DNA of 32,000 nt. It comes from Acetoanaerobium sticklandii. Its GTDB lineage: Bacteria > Bacillota > Clostridia > Peptostreptococcales > Filifactoraceae. The notes under the pieces were generated by a model. It made no database searches, was not told the origin of the DNA, and worked only from the letters and a program-made list of their open reading frames with translations. This document shows, piece by piece, positions 1 to 8,271 of the stretch; position 1 is the stretch's first letter; each line of letters begins with the position of its first letter. A program made the position numbers and the translations under genes. Where the stretch lies: contig NC_014614.1 in the NCBI RefSeq assembly GCF_000196455.1, positions 2,415,959 to 2,447,958 on the forward strand, written 5' to 3'.

Positions 1-1
1 T

Positions 2-979
2 GGAGGAAAAGGTGGAGCTGACTTCGATCCAAGAGGAAAATCAGATGCTGAAATTATGCGTTTCTGCCAAAGCTTCATGACTGAGCTATACAGACACATC
101 GGACCAGATGTAGACGTTCCAGCTGGAGACATCGGAGTTGGTGGAAGAGAAGTTGGATATATGTACGGACAATACAGAAGAATCCGTGGAGCTTTCGAAA
201 ACGGCGTTCTTACTGGAAAAGGTATGTCTTATGGTGGTTCTCTAATCAGACCAGAAGCTACAGGGTTTGGAGTTACTTACTTCGCTAACGAAATGTTAAA
301 GCATGAAGGAATGAATTTCGAAGGTAAAACTGTTTCTGTTTCAGGTTTCGGAAACGTTGCTTGGGGAGCATGTATCAAAGTTAGAGATCTAGGCGGAAAA
401 GTTGTTACTCTTTCTGGTCCAGATGGATATATATATGATGCAGATGGTATTACTACTGATGAGAAAATCAATTTCATGGTAGAAATGAGAAACTCTGGTA
501 GAGATAAAGTTCAAGATTATGCTGACAAGTTTGGTGTTGAGTTCTTCCCTGGCGAAAAACCATGGGGCAGAAAAGTTGATATCGTTATGCCTTGTGCAAC
601 TCAAAATGATATTCACTTAGAGCATGCTAAACTAATCGTTGACAACGGAATCAAATTCCTAGTTGAGGCTGCTAACATGCCTACTACTAATGAGGCTCTT
701 ACTTTCCTACAAGAAAAAGGAGTTCTTATCGGACCTGCTAAAGCGGCTAACGCTGGTGGAGTTGCTACTTCAGCTCTAGAAATGTCTCAAAACTCAATGA
801 GATACAACTGGACTGCAGAAGAAGTTGACGCTAAATTACATCAAATCATGATCAACATCCATGACAACGCAGCTAAAGCAGCTGAAGAGTTTGGATTCGG
901 ATATAACCTTGTTGCTGGAGCTAACATCGCTGGTTTTGTTAAAGTAGCAGATGCTATGTGTGCACAAGGAGATTATTAA
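2..979 (+). CDS. gdhA: NAD(P)-dependent glutamate dehydrogenase, C-terminal ~325 aa (5' end lies upstream of the window)
   Basis: The frame is open from nt 2 (GGKGGADFDPRGKSDAEIMRFCQSFMTELYRHIGPDVDVPAGDIGVGGREVGYM..., the conserved GDH catalytic block), so the tracked Met at 56 is internal. Rossmann motif GFGNVAWG is present. TAA stop at 977-979. Confidence 0.93.
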   Translation, partial: GGKGGADFDPRGKSDAEIMRFCQSFMTELYRHIGPDVDVPAGDIGVGGREVGYMYGQYRRIRGAFENGVLTGKGMSYGGSLIRPEATGFGVTYFANEMLKHEGMNFEGKTVSVSGFGNVAWGACIKVRDLGGKVVTLSGPDGYIYDADGITTDEKINFMVEMRNSGRDKVQDYADKFGVEFFPGEKPWGRKVDIVMPCATQNDIHLEHAKLIVDNGIKFLVEAANMPTTNEALTFLQEKGVLIGPAKAANAGGVATSALEMSQNSMRYNWTAEEVDAKLHQIMINIHDNAAKAAEEFGFGYNLVAGANIAGFVKVADAMCAQGDY

Positions 980-1010
980 TATTTAATTAATTCATAATTG
1001 AATTTCAAAA

Positions 1011-1040
1011 AGCACAGGCGAATTTGCCTGTGCTTTTTAT
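1011..1040 (+). terminator. Rho-independent terminator of gdh
   Basis: 9-bp stem AGCACAGGC/GCCTGTGCT (1011-1019 / 1026-1034), 6-nt loop, then TTTTT. It begins 32 nt after the gdh stop. Confidence 0.75.
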
Positions 1041-1092
1041 TGTAAATAAATATTAATTTTAGAGTTAAATATCCCTATAAAAAATTTTTCGT

Positions 1093-1130
1093 AAAAAAGG
1101 AGCTGTTTTTAAACAGTCTCCTTTTTTATT
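1093..1130 (-). terminator. Rho-independent terminator of the NuoE/NuoF/fusion-protein operon (A-tract/T-tract flanked, possibly bidirectional)
   Basis: On the minus strand: AAAAAAGGAGACTGTTT-aa-AAACAGCTCCTTTTTT. The stem is about 10 bp with one bulged A, followed by T6. It lies about 50 nt below the stop at 1180. Confidence 0.55.
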
Positions 1131-1179
1131 TATATAGAAATTCGGTCTTAATTTTGTTGTTTATATAGAAGTTCTTATT

Positions 1180-4100
1180 TTATAGGTTTTTATTAGCTAA
1201 AAAATCGTTAAACAAAGTTCTATGATAATTTGTTTCTACATTTTCAGCATAAAGTATTTCTGATTGAGGCAAGCTGTATTTAGCTTGTGCTTCAAGCATC
1301 GCTCTACTGTATAGCTGAGGTGATTCGTTGATAGGCCAGAATACAGGTTTATCAAGATTTTCTAGTAATCCATGATATCCTGAAATTTCAAGACTTAAAT
1401 CTCTTGTAATTTCATCTACACTAGCATACTTGCAGTTTGTGCTATAGGTATTCATAAGTCTCTTTAGAACTTCCCAGTTTGATAAACCAGTTGCTGGTTT
1501 TATAGCAGCTGATACTCTTTGGATTCTTCTTTCTGCAGAAGTTATAGTTCCATCAGATTCCACCATAACAGCCGCAGGGATTACCACATCAGCTATTTTA
1601 GCTAGATCAGTCATATGAGTATCATGAACCATAAGGAACTCTACTGCTGAAATTTCTTCAGGACTGATATTTTCCCCAAATACCATAAGCCCTTTTATTG
1701 AATTGTCTTTAACAAGTGCAAGCTTTGCTTCGCTGTCAATACTAATACCCATATCCACAAGACCTTGGCTGTTTGCGTATGGTCTAAGCTTTATAAAGCC
1801 TTCTCTTGCAGAACCAATGTGTCCAGATAGCATTACTATTGCAGAAATCAATCTTTCTGCATCAGCTGTAACATGAACACTGTCATATACTATCATAGCT
1901 TTCTTAGCTTTTAGGTACATAGAAGCTATCTCAGCAGCCTCATCTGATACAACTACCTTATCAAGATATGCTTTTAGCTCTTCCATTCCCTGTGCATTTA
2001 TAGCATTTTGGCTGTTATCAGCTAGGTACTTAGCAATTTGCTTTAACATTTCAAAGCTACTGTCAGTGATTATACTCTTTTGAGCCCAATCATCCAGTTT
2101 ATTTTTAGCATTATTTACATGAATTAAGTGAGCGCCTTTACCTACTGCTTCTTTAATCTTAAGTGCTGCTATGGTGTAATCTCTTTCGAAATCTCCACCT
2201 ATAGCCATGATAAAGTTAGTATTAGATAGCTCTTCTATTAGATTTGGAGATGCATCATATGACAGGCTGTCTTTTAAGCCACTTCTTTTAGCTCCAAAAG
2301 AGAATATCTGCTCAGTTCCAAGTATTTCTTTTGCGAATTTCTTAGCCATGAAAATTTCTTCATTTGTATATCTTCCACTGATGCTAAGTCCCATAGAGTT
2401 AGCTCCATATAGTAGTGATATACTTTGAGCTCTTCTAGCTACATAAAGTATAGCTTCTTCGAAAGTAGTTTCTACCAATTCACCATTTTGTCTTATAAGT
2501 GGCTTAGTAATTCTTCCTTCGCCTAGATAAGAAGCAAATCCAAAACGACCTTTTGAACAAAGCAGTCCGTTGTTTACACTTTCTTCTCTAGTAGGAAGAG
2601 ATCTAAGAAGTAAGCTTCCTCTACTTTCTAAATCTAGGTTACAGCCTACTGAGCACGCTGAGCACGCTGAATTTGTATGAGTTGTTCTAACAGGAACTGG
2701 CTTGTGTACAGGAACTCTTTCCATTAGAGCACCAGTAGGACAAACGCTGATACACTGTCCACAAGAGATACAATCAGTTTCTCTTAAGTTCTTTTCAAGA
2801 GCTGGCTTAACTATAGTGTCAAAGCCTCTGCTTACTAGTCCAAGAGCTGTGTTATCCATTACCTCATCACAAATACGAACACATTGTCCGCAAAGGATAC
2901 ATTTATTAGGGTCACGCTTGATAAATGGATGGTTGTCTTCATCCAAACGCTTGTGCATTTCTCCCGCAAATCTTTCAGGCTTAACATCGTATTCCTGAGA
3001 ATGACGGATTAAATCACATTCAAAGTAATCGTGGCATCCGCACTCTAGACATCTAGTAGCCTCAGTTATAGCTTCTTGCTCAGTAAAGCCATGCACCACT
3101 TCTTCAAAGTTGTTTCTTCTAAGCTCAGGAGCCTCGTGTCCCATATGAGTTCTGCCTTGTCTTACTACCTCTGGGAAGCTGTCAGCTGTTATATCATCTC
3201 TTTTTACAAAGAACGGTTCTTTGTGAGGAATAAGGTTTCCTTTTAAGTATGAATCCATTACTCTAGCTGCGTATTTTCCATCAGCTATAGCCTGAATAGC
3301 AATAGCTGCTCCTTTATTAGTAGCATCTCCACCTGCAAATACTCCCTCTAGGTTAGTCATGAAGGTTTCAGGGTCGCTTACTATATTTCCACCTTTATTA
3401 AGCTCTAGCTCTTCAAAGCCGTCGCCTTTTAATCTTTGACCTATGGACATGATTACTGAATCTACATCTAGGATTTCTTCTTCGCCTTCTACAGGAACGA
3501 CTTTCTTACGTCCGTCTGCTCCTCCTCCAACTACTTCCATCTTTTGAAGTCTGATTTGCTTCACTCTGCCATTTTCATCTCCGATGAACTCTATTGGGTT
3601 AAGAAGGAATTTGAATGTGATACCCTCTTCTTCAGCTTCTACTATCTCAACGTCAACTGCAGGCATATCCTCTTTAGTTCTTCTATATATTACATAAACT
3701 TCTTTAGCACCTAGTCTTATTGAAGTTCTTGCAGCATCCATAGCTGTATTTCCGCCGCCAATAACTGCAATTCTATCTCCTGTTTTGATAGGTGTGTTTA
3801 TTGCGAAGTTAGTAAGGAATTTAATTCCTCCTATAACTCCATCTAAATCCTGACCTGGACAATCCAGCTTTGTACTTGTCCATGCACCTATACCTACATA
3901 AACTGCATCATATTTTTCTCTTAAGTAAGAAAGAGATACATCTTTGCCTATACGAACATTAGGCTTAAGCTCTACTCCCATGTTTCTTATGATATCTATC
4001 TCTGATAATAGCACTTCTTTTGGAAGACGATATAGAGGGATACCGTATTTTAGCATACCTCCAAACTCAGGCATTGCTTCGTAAATAGTTACGCTGTGGC

Positions 4101-4767
4101 CTTGAGATCTAAGATAGTAAGCAGCAGATAGACCACTTGGTCCCCCGCCTATTATAGCGATAGACTTACCTGTATCTGGTTTTATCTCAGGCATAAATGG
4201 CTCATCTTTAGCCAAATCTATATCAGCCGCAAAATATTTTAGCCAAGCTATAGATACAGAGTCATCTACTATGCCTCTTCTGCATGCTGTCTGGCATGGA
4301 TGAGGACAAACTCTTCCTATACTTGCAGGAAGTGGCAGCTCTTTTTTTATGAGCTTGATTGCTTCTTCATACTGCTTGTTTGCGATAAGCCCAACATAAC
4401 CTTGTACGTCAACATGTCCAGGACATCCATGAGTACATGGAGCTTTACAGTCTCCAGTATGGTCTGAAAGTAAAAGCTCTAAAGTAGTAGTTCTACTTTC
4501 TACTATTCTAGGAGTACTAGTTCTAATTACCATGCCATCTGCTATTTCAGTTGAGCATGAACGAACAAGTCTAGGATTTCCTTCAACTTCTACTACACAG
4601 ATTCCACAGGAACCATAGTTTTTAATTTTTTCATCGTGGCACAATGTAGGGATTTCTATTTGATTTTGCTTAGCAACCTCTAGAATTGTGTGCCCAGGAT
4701 AGGTTTTTATTTCTCTCCCATCTATATTAACTCTGATATGAGGCATATTCTCATTCCTTTCGCTCAT
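1180..4767 (-). CDS. 1195-aa multidomain Fe-S flavoprotein with four modules: N-terminal 2Fe-2S ferredoxin, GltD/NfnB-like NAD(P)H:FAD module, 2x[4Fe-4S], and a degenerate molybdopterin-oxidoreductase (NuoG-like) domain. Candidate StnC/HylA-like large subunit.
   Basis: Motifs read in the translation:
- 2Fe-2S: CHDEKIKNYGSCGICVVEV...RSC.
- GltD N-terminal Fe-S: CKAPCTHGCP...GRVCPHPCQTACRR.
- Two Rossmann motifs: IAIIGGGPSGLSAAYY and IAVIGGGNTAMDAART.
- Ferredoxin motifs: CILCGQCVRIC and CISCGQCISVCP.
- MopB 4Fe-4S domain: CSACSVGCNL...LCSKGRFG.
The remaining ~480 aa are shorter than a catalytic formate dehydrogenase domain, and I see no Cys/Sec-His active-site motif. The ATG overlaps the upstream stop (TAATG). 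Confidence 0.8.
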   Translation of the reverse strand: MSERNENMPHIRVNIDGREIKTYPGHTILEVAKQNQIEIPTLCHDEKIKNYGSCGICVVEVEGNPRLVRSCSTEIADGMVIRTSTPRIVESRTTTLELLLSDHTGDCKAPCTHGCPGHVDVQGYVGLIANKQYEEAIKLIKKELPLPASIGRVCPHPCQTACRRGIVDDSVSIAWLKYFAADIDLAKDEPFMPEIKPDTGKSIAIIGGGPSGLSAAYYLRSQGHSVTIYEAMPEFGGMLKYGIPLYRLPKEVLLSEIDIIRNMGVELKPNVRIGKDVSLSYLREKYDAVYVGIGAWTSTKLDCPGQDLDGVIGGIKFLTNFAINTPIKTGDRIAVIGGGNTAMDAARTSIRLGAKEVYVIYRRTKEDMPAVDVEIVEAEEEGITFKFLLNPIEFIGDENGRVKQIRLQKMEVVGGGADGRKKVVPVEGEEEILDVDSVIMSIGQRLKGDGFEELELNKGGNIVSDPETFMTNLEGVFAGGDATNKGAAIAIQAIADGKYAARVMDSYLKGNLIPHKEPFFVKRDDITADSFPEVVRQGRTHMGHEAPELRRNNFEEVVHGFTEQEAITEATRCLECGCHDYFECDLIRHSQEYDVKPERFAGEMHKRLDEDNHPFIKRDPNKCILCGQCVRICDEVMDNTALGLVSRGFDTIVKPALEKNLRETDCISCGQCISVCPTGALMERVPVHKPVPVRTTHTNSACSACSVGCNLDLESRGSLLLRSLPTREESVNNGLLCSKGRFGFASYLGEGRITKPLIRQNGELVETTFEEAILYVARRAQSISLLYGANSMGLSISGRYTNEEIFMAKKFAKEILGTEQIFSFGAKRSGLKDSLSYDASPNLIEELSNTNFIMAIGGDFERDYTIAALKIKEAVGKGAHLIHVNNAKNKLDDWAQKSIITDSSFEMLKQIAKYLADNSQNAINAQGMEELKAYLDKVVVSDEAAEIASMYLKAKKAMIVYDSVHVTADAERLISAIVMLSGHIGSAREGFIKLRPYANSQGLVDMGISIDSEAKLALVKDNSIKGLMVFGENISPEEISAVEFLMVHDTHMTDLAKIADVVIPAAVMVESDGTITSAERRIQRVSAAIKPATGLSNWEVLKRLMNTYSTNCKYASVDEITRDLSLEISGYHGLLENLDKPVFWPINESPQLYSRAMLEAQAKYSLPQSEILYAENVETNYHRTLFNDFLANKNL

Positions 4768-6497
4768 TAGTTAACGCTGATTGCGTCAAATTTACATTTT
4801 TGGTAACACTGTCCACACTTAATACAAGCATCTTGATTGATTAGATGAGGCTCTTTTCTTTCACCAGAAATACAAGATACAGGACAGGCTTTAGCACACA
4901 CTGTACACCCTACGCATTTTTCAGGATCAATCACATATTTGATTAATGCACTGCACTGTTTTGCTGTACATGTTTTATTATATATATGGTCTTCATATTC
5001 ATTTCTAAAGTATTTGATAGTTGTAAGAACTGGATTTGGTGCTGTTTGTCCGAGTCCGCATAAAGAACCGTCCTTAACCTTGTAGCTCAGTTCTTCAAGT
5101 AGCTCTATATCGCCTTCTCTACCTTCACCTGCTGTGATTCTCTCAAGAATCTCAAGCATACGCTTTGTTCCGAGTCTGCAGTAAGTACATTTACCGCAAG
5201 ATTCTTTGCAAGTAAAATCAAGGAAAAATCTAGCCATATCAACCATACAAGTAGTATCATCCATTACAACCATTCCACCAGAACCTACTATAGCTCCAGT
5301 TTTAGTAATTGATTCATAATCTACTTTTGTGTCTATAAGCTCTGCAGGCACACATCCACCAGATGGTCCCCCTAGCTGTACTGCTTTAAATGGTCTGTCT
5401 CCTACGATTCCTCCACCTACTCCATAGATAATCTCTTTTAGAGATATTCCCATAGGAACCTCAACAAGTCCACCTTTTTTAACCTTACCAGTAAGAGCAA
5501 ATACCTTTGTTCCTCTACTTGTTTCTATTCCATACTTTGCAAACGCTTCCCCACCGTTTTTAATAATCCAAGGTACGTTAGCAAAAGTCTCAACGTTGTT
5601 TATATTTGTAGGTAGCTGCCAGTAACCCTTTTGAGCTGGGAATGGCGGCTTAAGTCTAGGCATTCCTCTTTCGCCCTCAAGTGATGCAATAAGAGCTGTT
5701 TCCTCACCACATACGAAAGCTCCTGCACCTGCTTTTATTCTTAGACTGAAGTTTCTTCCAGGTATTCCAAAGATATTTTCTCCTAAAAAGCCTCTTTCAG
5801 TTGCATCCTCTATGGCTTTTTGAAGTCTTAGAATTGCTAAAGGATATTCTGCACGCACGTAAACAATGCCTTCATCCGCTCCTATCGCAAATCCGCAAAT
5901 CATCATACCCTCTATTAGGTTATGTGGATCTCCCTCAAGTACAGAGCGGTCCATAAATGCTCCTGGATCTCCTTCATCGGCATTACAAACTACGTATTTC
6001 TTTTGTCCAGCTGATTTTTTAGCCGCATCCCATTTAAACCACGTAGGAAACCCTGCTCCTCCACGGCCTCTAAGTCCTGATTTTTTTATTTCATCTATTA
6101 CTGCATCTTGAGATTTAGATTCGTAGCAATTTTTTATAGCTTCATACCCACCGATGTTTATGTAATCGTCGATGGATTCTGGATTAATAACTCCGCAGTT
6201 TCTAAGCACTACTCTCGGCTGCTTTTCTAATCCTTCAGAATCTATTTCACTGATCATCTTATCAGCAAAATTTTTATAGTCTTCTAATATAGGGCGTACA
6301 TCTTCAGGCATCACCTTTACAAATCTGTACATCTCGCCATTGTCATGAATCTCCATGATTGGCTCTAGGTGACACATACCTATACATCCAGTGATTTCAT
6401 ATTCGAACTGTATGTCTTTGATTTGCTCTAGCTCATCCATTACTTTGTGAGCTCCTGCTGCAAAACCACAGCTCCCTGCACCAACAAGAACCTTCAT
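4767..6497 (-). CDS. NuoF/HydB-like NADH-binding FMN Fe-S subunit (576 aa)
   Basis: N-terminal thioredoxin-like 2Fe-2S region (GCIGMCHLEP). SLRGRGGAGFPT and GAGAFVCGEETAL FMN/NADH motifs. CGKCTYCR...C N3-type cluster. C-terminal 2x[4Fe-4S] (CVGCTVCAKACP, CIKCGQCYQKC). The start directly abuts the upstream stop (TAAATG). Confidence 0.92.
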   Translation of the reverse strand: MKVLVGAGSCGFAAGAHKVMDELEQIKDIQFEYEITGCIGMCHLEPIMEIHDNGEMYRFVKVMPEDVRPILEDYKNFADKMISEIDSEGLEKQPRVVLRNCGVINPESIDDYINIGGYEAIKNCYESKSQDAVIDEIKKSGLRGRGGAGFPTWFKWDAAKKSAGQKKYVVCNADEGDPGAFMDRSVLEGDPHNLIEGMMICGFAIGADEGIVYVRAEYPLAILRLQKAIEDATERGFLGENIFGIPGRNFSLRIKAGAGAFVCGEETALIASLEGERGMPRLKPPFPAQKGYWQLPTNINNVETFANVPWIIKNGGEAFAKYGIETSRGTKVFALTGKVKKGGLVEVPMGISLKEIIYGVGGGIVGDRPFKAVQLGGPSGGCVPAELIDTKVDYESITKTGAIVGSGGMVVMDDTTCMVDMARFFLDFTCKESCGKCTYCRLGTKRMLEILERITAGEGREGDIELLEELSYKVKDGSLCGLGQTAPNPVLTTIKYFRNEYEDHIYNKTCTAKQCSALIKYVIDPEKCVGCTVCAKACPVSCISGERKEPHLINQDACIKCGQCYQKCKFDAISVN

Positions 6498-7025
6498 TTA
6501 TTTACCCTCCATTTCGCTTTGGGCTTCTTTTCTTAAATTTCTAAGAACCTCTACTGTCTTTTCTGGAGTAAGCTTAGCATAAGTTTCCCCGTTAATCATC
6601 ATAACAGGAGCCAAGCTACAGCATCCTAGACAGGCCACGTTAGTAAATGTAAATATTTTATCCAGGGTCGTTTCACCTTCTGTTATTCCAAGTTCTTCGC
6701 ATATAGCTTTTTCTATTGTACTTGCACCGTTAACGTGACAAGCCGTTCCTTGACATAGCAAAATAAGATTTTTACCGACTGGATTCATTCTAAACTGCGT
6801 GTAAAAAGTTGCCACTCCGTAAAGCTTGGCTTCTTTCATACCGGTTTTTTGAGCAATATATGTAAGTGACTCTGACGGAATATAACCATATTCTTCCTGA
6901 ACACCTTGAAGTATTGTTATAGTCGCGCCTTTAATCTTACCATATTTCTCGATAATCGGATCTATAAGGCTTAGATCCACTAGCTCACGTACTTCTTCTA
7001 CCTTATTGCTGCAATTGCATGCCAT
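6498..7025 (-). CDS. NuoE/HydC-like 2Fe-2S subunit (175 aa)
   Basis: Thioredoxin-like ferredoxin motifs LLCQGTACHVNGA ... CLGCCSLAPVMMING. RBS GAGGTG lies 5 nt before the ATG. Confidence 0.9.
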   Translation of the reverse strand: MACNCSNKVEEVRELVDLSLIDPIIEKYGKIKGATITILQGVQEEYGYIPSESLTYIAQKTGMKEAKLYGVATFYTQFRMNPVGKNLILLCQGTACHVNGASTIEKAICEELGITEGETTLDKIFTFTNVACLGCCSLAPVMMINGETYAKLTPEKTVEVLRNLRKEAQSEMEGK

Positions 7026-7071
7026 ATCGACACCTCACTTACTATAAATTAAATACGGTATATCTAGCTTT

Positions 7072-7080
7072 AGTATATCA
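7072..7080 (-). promoter_or_regulatory. Candidate extended -10 promoter (TGaTATACT) of the NuoE-like operon
   Basis: The minus strand reads TGATATACT about 47 nt upstream of the ATG at 7025. The -35 is poor (ATAGCA). It lies between the rex terminator and the operon. Confidence 0.3.
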
Positions 7081-7181
7081 TATTTAACCATGATTGCTAT
7101 ATAGAATTTCTATAGGAAAATTAAAATTTAAGTTAAGTTATTTAAGTGATTATAATTATCATTGTATACAATACACAGCAT

Positions 7182-7211
7182 AAAAAAAGGACTCAAATGA
7201 GTCCTTTTTTT
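7182..7211 (-). terminator. Rho-independent (bidirectional-looking) terminator after rex
   Basis: AAAAAAAGGACTC-aaat-GAGTCCTTTTTTT. The core stem is AGGACTC/GAGTCCT (7188-7194 / 7199-7205), with A7 on one side and T7 on the other. It lies 15 nt below the rex stop. Confidence 0.75.
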
Positions 7212-7225
7212 ATTTTAATAGTATG

Positions 7226-7855
7226 TTACATTAAACCATCGTTCAGCATATATGATAGCACATATAAACTTTCTGATAAATTTACTTCTTCTACCTTGAT
7301 ATTCTCTGGCACAGTGATGTCCATAGGTGCAAAATTCCAAATACCTTTGATGCCGTACTCGATTAATTTGTTGGCAGATTCTTGAGCTTTTTCTTTAGGA
7401 GTACAAATCACTGCTATAGTGATGTCTTCCTTCTTAATAAACTCTTCCATTTTTTCTACATCCATTACTTCTAGGTCTTGGATTTTGATTCCTACTAATC
7501 TAGGGTTGATGTCAAATAAGGCTTTTACTTTAAAGCCAGATCTTCTAAAGCCACTGTAATTAGCAAGAGCCTGTCCTAAGTTTCCTGCTCCTAAAATTAT
7601 TGTGTTGTAAGATTTATCAAGTCCCAAAATTTTGCTTAGCTCATTATATAGCTCTTCTACATTGTAGCCGTATCCTTGTTGTCCAAAACCTCCAAAGTTA
7701 TTAAGATCTTGCCTGATTTGCGAAGCTGTAAACCCTATAATTTCACTAAGCTCCTTAGATGAAATTCTGTACACTTCCTTATCCAAAAGATCAGCCAAAT
7801 ATCTGTGATATTTAGGCAGTCTCCTAATAACAGCCATTGATACTTTTTTAGACAT
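7226..7855 (-). CDS. rex: Redox-sensing transcriptional repressor Rex
   Basis: Near-canonical Rex sequence: VIRRLPKYHRYL, winged-helix SSKELSE..GFTASQIRQDLNNFGGFGQQGYGYNV, and Rossmann ILGAGNLGQAL. Length is 209 aa. Confidence 0.95.
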   Translation of the reverse strand: MSKKVSMAVIRRLPKYHRYLADLLDKEVYRISSKELSEIIGFTASQIRQDLNNFGGFGQQGYGYNVEELYNELSKILGLDKSYNTIILGAGNLGQALANYSGFRRSGFKVKALFDINPRLVGIKIQDLEVMDVEKMEEFIKKEDITIAVICTPKEKAQESANKLIEYGIKGIWNFAPMDITVPENIKVEEVNLSESLYVLSYMLNDGLM

Positions 7856-7901
7856 TTATTTTTCCTCCATATCGATATGAACTTTCTGTTATTTTGTTAC
7901 A

Positions 7902-7930
7902 ATTATAAAGATTTAACATAACTTTGTCAA
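7902..7930 (-). promoter_or_regulatory. Sigma-A-type promoter of rex (TTGACA-17-TATAAT)
   Basis: The minus strand reads TTGACA (7930-7925), a 17-nt spacer, then TATAAT (7907-7902), about 47 nt upstream of the rex ATG. Both hexamers match consensus perfectly. Confidence 0.6.
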
Positions 7931-7984
7931 TTTCATTTACTTATGACTCTCAGTGATGACTTCTTACTATATAAACCGGCCATA

Positions 7985-8027
7985 TGATATAATATTGCTT
8001 GATACTAGAGTTATTACCCTGTAAAAT
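7985..8027 (+). promoter_or_regulatory. Two overlapping candidate promoters for the ABC-F gene (long-leader option)
   Basis: TGaTATAAT extended -10 at 7985-7993. TTGATA (7999-8004)-17 nt-TAAAAT (8022-8027). Either would give a ~240-270-nt leader. A weaker proximal TGaTAATAT at 8229-8237 is an alternative. Confidence 0.35.
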
Positions 8028-8271
8028 AGTATCGTTAACGTTAAAACGAAAACTTTTTACAAAATAAATATACTACTTGATAAAACGTACAATAAGACCT
8101 TCACTCATTAAGGGGATAATGAGTTTCTGGAACCTGATTGTGTTTACAATAAAAAGTTATTATTTTCAATAATCTGATAACTATTTATAAATATATATTT
8201 TATAAAGTGTATAAATATTAGTAGCAATTGATAATATTTTATCACAAATTGAAAGGTTTAGGTTAAATTTT

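Noticed and set aside
1180-4767. Calling the 1195-aa protein a formate dehydrogenase alpha subunit or a glutamate synthase small subunit.
   Set aside because: The MopB-like region is ~150 aa too short and lacks a visible Cys/Sec-His catalytic motif, as in NuoG. The GltD-like module is embedded in a NuoG/HydA-type Fe-S scaffold and is co-operonic with NuoE/NuoF homologues, not with gltB.
7161-7172. 12-bp palindrome ATTGTATACAAT, considered as a Rex operator for the adjacent redox operon.
   Set aside because: It shares only the TTGT/ACAA ends with the Rex box. The half-site spacing is 2 nt instead of ~10, so it cannot be a Rex dimer site as currently understood.
7856-7960. TGTTA-N14-TAACA inverted repeat overlapping the rex promoter, considered as a Rex autoregulatory box.
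   Set aside because: The spacing is far from the 4-6 nt of known Rex operators, and the half-sites are only 5 nt long.
8077-8172. Longer 31-codon version of the ABC-F leader uORF, starting at an in-frame TTG (8077).
   Set aside because: There is no SD-like sequence upstream of the TTG. Only the ATG at 8119 has an adjacent purine-rich element.
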